Below are positions 58,769 through 64,000 of a stretch of DNA of 64,000 bases, in pieces. The stretch's first letter is position 1, and each line of letters starts with the position of its first letter. The DNA lies in NCBI GenBank assembly GCA_963817385.1, contig CAWFOM010000003.1, positions 67,399-131,398 of the forward strand, written 5' to 3'. Source of the DNA: an uncultured delta proteobacterium. GTDB lineage: Bacteria > Desulfobacterota > Syntrophia > Syntrophales > UBA5619. The position numbers and the translations under genes were made by a program. The notes below the pieces were generated by a model. That model was not told the DNA's origin and searched no databases. It saw nothing but the letters and a program-made list of their open reading frames with translations.

Positions 58769-61700
58769 GCCATTTCCTGAAGTAATAGTACCTCCGGTCA
58801 CTGTCCAAAAATAACTGGACATTCCGGGCTGGGTACTATAAATGTTGCCTGTGGAAGCGTTACACACGAGGGTTGAACCGGTTATTACAGGATCCGGGGG
58901 CAACGGGTTGATCGTAACATTATATTGTGCGGTTGTTGCAGCACATGTGGTTGCGGTGATGGTCTCGGTTACCTGGACCCATCCTGCACCTGCAGCGTTC
59001 CATGTTACCGTGATGGAATTGGTTCCTGCACCGCCTGTGATCGAACCGCCGGAGATAGCCCATACATAGGTATGTCCGCCAACATTGGGTGTTGAATAGC
59101 CATTACCTGTTGAATTTGCACAGGCTGCACCGGACCGCTGATGACTGGTGCCGGCAATGGGTTGATCGTGACATTATATTGCGCGGTTGTAAAGGAACAT
59201 GTGGTGGCGGTGATGGTCTCGGTTACCTGGACCCATCCTGCGCCTGCAGCATTCCATGTTACCGTGATGGAATTGGTTCCTGCACCGGCCGTAATCGTTC
59301 CGCCGGATATTGCCCAGCCGTAGGTATGTCCGCCAACTATTGGTGTGGAATAGACTATTTCCTGTGGAATTTGCACAGGCTGCTACCGGTCCACTGATGA
59401 CCGGGGTTGGCAATGGGTCGATCGTGACATTGTATTGTGCGGTTGTTACTGCACATGTGGTGGCAGTGATGGTTTCTGTTACCTGCACCCATCCTGCACC
59501 TGCAGCGTTCCAGGTTACCGTTATGGAATTGGTTCCTGCACCGCAGTGATTGTACCTCCGGAGATAGCCCAGACATAAGTATGGCCTGCCACTAATGGCG
59601 TCGAATATACATGGCCTGTTGAATTTGCACAGGCTGCTACCGGACCGCTGATGACTGGTGCCGGCAAGGGGTTGATTGTAACATTATATTGTGCGGTCGT
59701 TGCTGCACAGGTAGTTGCAGTGATGGTTTCGGTTACCTGTACCCATCCTGCGCCTGCTGCGTTCCATGTTACGGTGATGGAATTGGTTCCTGCACCTGCT
59801 GTGATCGAACCGCCGGAGATTGCCCATACATAAGTATGTCCGCCAACATTGGGTGTTGAATAGGCATTGCCTGTTGAATTTGCACAGGCTGCGACCGGAC
59901 CGCTGATAACCGGTGCCGGCAATGGGTTGATTGTCACATTATATTGTGCCGTTGTTATGGAACATGTAGTAGCGGGGATGGTTTCAGTAACCGTGACCCA
60001 TCCTGCCCCTGCAGCGTTCCATGTTACGGTGATGGAATTGGTTCCTGCACCTGCCGTGATCGTACCGCCTGAGATAGCCCATACATAGGTATTTCCACCA
60101 ACAGTGGGTGTTGAATAGACATGACCTGTTGAATTTGCACAGGCTGCTACCGGACCGCTGATGACCGGTGTCGGTATCGGATTTACAAATACCGGCAAAC
60201 CTGTTGCACCATTACCCCAGCATCCGAAACTGTTCTGGTAATTTATTCCTACTGACCGGCTTCCTGAAGTCCAGGTTATCGTAACAAAATCATCAGTAGT
60301 TCCTCCACCTGCAGTGATAGTTCCACCTCCGGATACGAACCAGGTATAATCTGTCATACCTGGGTCAGTGGTATAAACATTTCCACTTGTCGCACAAGCC
60401 GGCGAAGGACCTGAAATTGACGGAACCGGACGTGGATTGACAGTTACAGGATACACTGTAGGTGAAATTGCGGAACAGCCTGATTCCGTCCGCATAGTTT
60501 ACGCTGACTGATGCAGCTCCTGCAGTGTTCCAGTCAATGGTCACAGTATTATCACCGGGCCCCCCTCCCGCAACAATCGTTCCTTGAGGTGAAACGGACC
60601 AGCTATAATTGGTCATCCCGGCCTGCGTTGTATAAAGGTACCCGAGTGTGATTTCACAAACGGTATTACTGCCACCAATCGTTGGTACCGGCAGCGGATT
60701 GACTGTTATCGTTCCTGTGGCTATATCGCTGCAACCTCCTCCTGTTAATGTTACTGTATAGTTAAAAGGGCTGCCGACGGTTGTCGTTGGTGTTCCGCTT
60801 ATTGTTACTACATCACTGGCCCAGACGCCTGTCACTCCGGGAGGTAAACCGGTGACGGTTGCTCCCGTAGCGACTGCTGTGCCGTAGGTGATATTAGTCA
60901 TAGGTTTGTTTAAACATGCGTTCTGTATGTTGGATCCCGGTCCGGAGGTCAACGTTATCGAACATCCCAATATTTCCCCCACCACAAAGTCACTAAAACT
61001 TGTAAGCCCTGTTACCGAGGTAGTATAGGGACCGGCACCTGCATTTGTCACCGGCGCTGGTGATGACCATGGCGGAGTATATTTACCTACAATAAAATTC
61101 GTTTGTGTAGCTCCTCCGATGATATCCCCTGCATTATAGGTAAATGTCGGTGTATAACTGGTAAAAGTGACACCGGCATTGGTGAATGTCCAGTACAGGT
61201 TAACATCCTTCGTTGGATTTATCGGTGAGCCCCCATTCGGGTTTTGACCGGGTGTTACTTTTGCAGTGAGGTTCCCCGCACCACTAAGACCCGTGAAAGC
61301 AACTGATACCGGGGTATAGCTTGTGGCCGTTCCCAAAGGAAAATTATAGGTAAGATTTCCAGCACCGGCAATGGCTCTCTGAAGGTTGCCTGCAACATCC
61401 CCGTTTGTGCGGACGATAGCGCCGACTGCATTATTGGTTACCATAAGGGTATTGGCACCGGTTGTAACAACACCAGAGGTTAAAGTAAGTGTCCCGGTTA
61501 CCGATGCATTGTTGGTGATTAAGTGTAACACCTGCTGCATTATTTATGGTCAGGTTGTTGAATGTTTTCCCGGCTCCTGTACCTCCTGATACAAGTTTTG
61601 TGACACCTGATCCGTTAAGATTAATGGTTGTACCTGCAGATGTAAATGTTCCGCCGTTCGTCCAGTTTCCTGCAATATTGTGAGTGAATGCTCCTCCTGT

Positions 61701-62335
61701 GAAAGTTGTTCCGCCACCAATATTTACGCTGCCTCCGATGGTCATCCCAACTGCTGCAGTGGCGGTGGCTGTTCCTGATAATGTGAAATCGCCAGCGATC
61801 GTGTTGACACCTGTGAGCGTTTTCGCTCCTGAACCCGACAGGAATAGATAGTAGTAGGCTGTGTTTTTTACAGTTTGTCGCGGCACCTGAATAGTTTACA
61901 ATATTACCGACAGCAGTTGCTGTTAACGTGGTTATAGCGGATGTTCCGCCAATGAACAGGATGCCTGCTGAACCGTTTATCACTCCTCCTGTACCTGATA
62001 ATGCCGTAGTAGCGATCAGTGTACCGTTATTGGTAAGACTTACTGCTCCGCCATTAACAGTAAGCAATGTTGCAGATGTAAATGCCGTGTTATTTATAAA
62101 ATTCCCGGTGATTGTTGCGGTTGCAATTGTCAATGTTCCATTGTTTGTATAGGTTCCGGAGAAGGTTGCCTGTGGAATCAACGTAGGAGTTGTACCATCA
62201 ATCGTCATTGCGGCACCTGTGAAATTATGTGCGGTATTTAGTGTGGTAAAGGTTGTTGCGTTGTTCGTGAAATTGTTGCCAAAACTGAATGTAGAAGCAA
62301 CCCCGTTATTTGTTTCATTCCATACGGCGGTAACA
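58760..62335 (-). pseudogene. Internal fragment of a large Thr/Gly/Asn-rich surface protein with PKD-like repeats
   Basis: ORF pieces 61621, 61431, 60365, 59521 and others; YxWxxxGGTITAGAGTNSITVTW motifs; no recognisable start or end; lower GC. Confidence 0.75.
58900..60180 (-). repeat. Five tandem ~255-bp (85-aa) coding repeats
   Basis: gaattggttcctgcacc recurs near 59016, 59270, 59526, 59780 and 60035. Confidence 0.92.
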
Positions 62336-62489
62336 CCCCCGCTTCTTTCCCCCTCCATGGTTCCTCTATGGTCAGCATCGGCGGTTAATGAGGAAGTTAG
62401 GCCTTATATTACAATATATCCTCAGATCCGCTCTTCTGAACTGGTTTAGTCTGGTAGCGTGGGGAAAACTCACCCCAACTAGAGTTCTG

Positions 62490-62592
62490 GTCAAATCCTC
62501 TCCCCTTCCCCCGGAATCCAGTGGCCGTAAATATCCACTGTGATGGAGATGGAACTCTGCCCCACCTGTTTTTGCACCTAGGCGGGGGAGGG
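62490..62592 (-). pseudogene. Tyrosine integrase C-terminal remnant
   Basis: Translates SPA*VQKQVGQSSISITVDIYGHWIPG, a decayed LGHSS..T.DIY box II. Confidence 0.7.
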
Positions 62593-62853
62593 TGTAAATT
62601 TCACCCCACTGTTCCCGGTGGAAATTTAGTGATTATTATAAGGAAGCTTTGAACTCCGGATTGGATAAATTGGCTCCAGTGATGCTGGGGGCGGCACCTC
62701 CGGGTGAATGAGTTCAATGCTGACGAGTCCTTGCCGTCACTGCCGGGCAATTGGTCCGGAGAAGGTCGGGGGACTCTCAGTCCAGGCGATACGTTAACGA
62801 GTGAAGAGGAACCGCCAGCGCGGTCAAAGGTGACGCAACGATACGGAGGTCAG

Positions 62854-64000
62854 ATGCACAGCCATATTCTCGATAAGTTTTTTCAGCCGGAATCTATTGC
62901 CATCGTGGGAGCCAGTGCCAAGGAGAACAGCATCGGCCGCATCCTCATAGAGAATTTACAAAAGGACGGCTTTCCGGGGGGCATTTATCCCATCAACCCA
63001 AAGCATGAACAAATATTGGGGATTCCAGCTTTTCCGTCGATCGCGGCCGCGCCCGCCGGTATCGATCTCGCCATCGTGGCCGTTCCCATTCAAGGGGTGC
63101 CGGAGGTCATGCGGGAGTGCGGCCAGGCCAAGGTTCCCGGGGTGATCATCATCTCTGCCGGTGGCAAGGAAGTGGGCGAAGAGGGGAAGAAGATCGAAGC
63201 CGAGATCCATGCGGCGGCCCAGGCTGGCGGTATTCGCTATCTCGGGCCCAACTGCATGGGGATTCTGTGTCCCTCCTCCCACCTCAACGCCAGTTTTGCG
63301 GCGCATTCGGTGCGGCCCGGGAGTGTGGCCCTGCTCTCCCAGAGCGGGGCTATCTGCAGCGCCATTCTGGACATGGCCGAGGTTCAGAATATTGGCTTCA
63401 GCCATTTCGTCAGCATCGGTTCCATGGCGGACCTTGATTTTGCCGAAATGATTGACTACCTGGGCAACGATGACCAGGTGCGCAGCATCCTCATTTACAT
63501 GGAAAGCCTGACGCACCATCGCCAGTTCATGAGCGCCGCCCGTTCGGTGTCCCGAGTTAAACCCATCATCGTGGTGAAATCCGGCCGGAGCGAAGCGGCC
63601 GCCCGGGCGGCGACGTCGCATACCGGCGCCCTGGCCGGCAAAGACGAAGCTTATAACGCGGCGTTCCGGCGGGCGGGCATCATTCGGGTGGACACCATCG
63701 CCCAGCTCTTCAACTGCGCCGAGGCTTTGGGCAAAATGAGCCGGCCCCTGGGGGGAAACCTGGCTATCATTACCAATGCCGGCGGGCCGGGGGTGATGGC
63801 GGTGGACGCCTTCAGCAAGTGGGGGCTGGAGCCGGCGGCCTTGAGCCCGGAAACCGTGGGAAGGCTCGATCCAGTGTTGCCGCCGTATTGGAGCCGGAAC
63901 AATCCGGTGGATATCCTGGGGGATGCGCCGCCGGAGCGTTATTTGGCGGCGGTGCAGCGGCGTCCTGGCCGCCCCGGAAGTCTCCGGCGTGCTGGTCCTC
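62854..64000 (+). CDS. ADP-forming acetate-CoA ligase family protein, runs off window
   Basis: PESIAIVGASAK; YPINPK; LGPNCMG; SQSGA; SHTGALAG; TNAGGPGVMA; NNPVDILGDA. Confidence 0.92.
   Translation, partial: MHSHILDKFFQPESIAIVGASAKENSIGRILIENLQKDGFPGGIYPINPKHEQILGIPAFPSIAAAPAGIDLAIVAVPIQGVPEVMRECGQAKVPGVIIISAGGKEVGEEGKKIEAEIHAAAQAGGIRYLGPNCMGILCPSSHLNASFAAHSVRPGSVALLSQSGAICSAILDMAEVQNIGFSHFVSIGSMADLDFAEMIDYLGNDDQVRSILIYMESLTHHRQFMSAARSVSRVKPIIVVKSGRSEAAARAATSHTGALAGKDEAYNAAFRRAGIIRVDTIAQLFNCAEALGKMSRPLGGNLAIITNAGGPGVMAVDAFSKWGLEPAALSPETVGRLDPVLPPYWSRNNPVDILGDAPPERYLAAVQRRPGRPGSLRRAGP

Overview
GC-rich bacterial chromosome window, probably Desulfobacterota/Syntrophales-like (inferred from gene content). 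It spans the replication origin: rsmG-parA-parB-[DnaA boxes]-dnaA-[DnaA box, DnaA-trios, AT-rich tract]-dnaN-gyrB-gyrA, all co-directional. Left of it, a MacAB-type ABC exporter operon is split by a ~13.7-kb accessory island (~919-14660). The island starts with three direct copies of the adaptor gene's 3' end that bracket small gene cassettes. It carries a cupin, a chimeric antitoxin plus VapC, a pair of very large uncharacterised genes (~1230 and ~1450 aa), hicAB, an orphan antidote gene, a Fic enzyme with a convergent antisense antitoxin, and a low-GC pentapeptide-repeat gene. The middle holds housekeeping, signalling and metabolic genes (hybrid kinases, rtcB, paaK, trxC, ftsH, acyl-CoA dehydrogenase-etfBA). 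The right end (~54-62.8 kb) is a mosaic of decayed mobile or defence fragments: a tRNA-like att scar, a nuclease-like ORF, an R-M controller gene with C-boxes, a truncated PKD-repeat surface-protein gene and an integrase remnant. Many conserved genes carry single-base frameshifts, most likely long-read consensus errors, so several gene models are stitched across frames. All family calls come from motif recognition by eye; no database searches were run.
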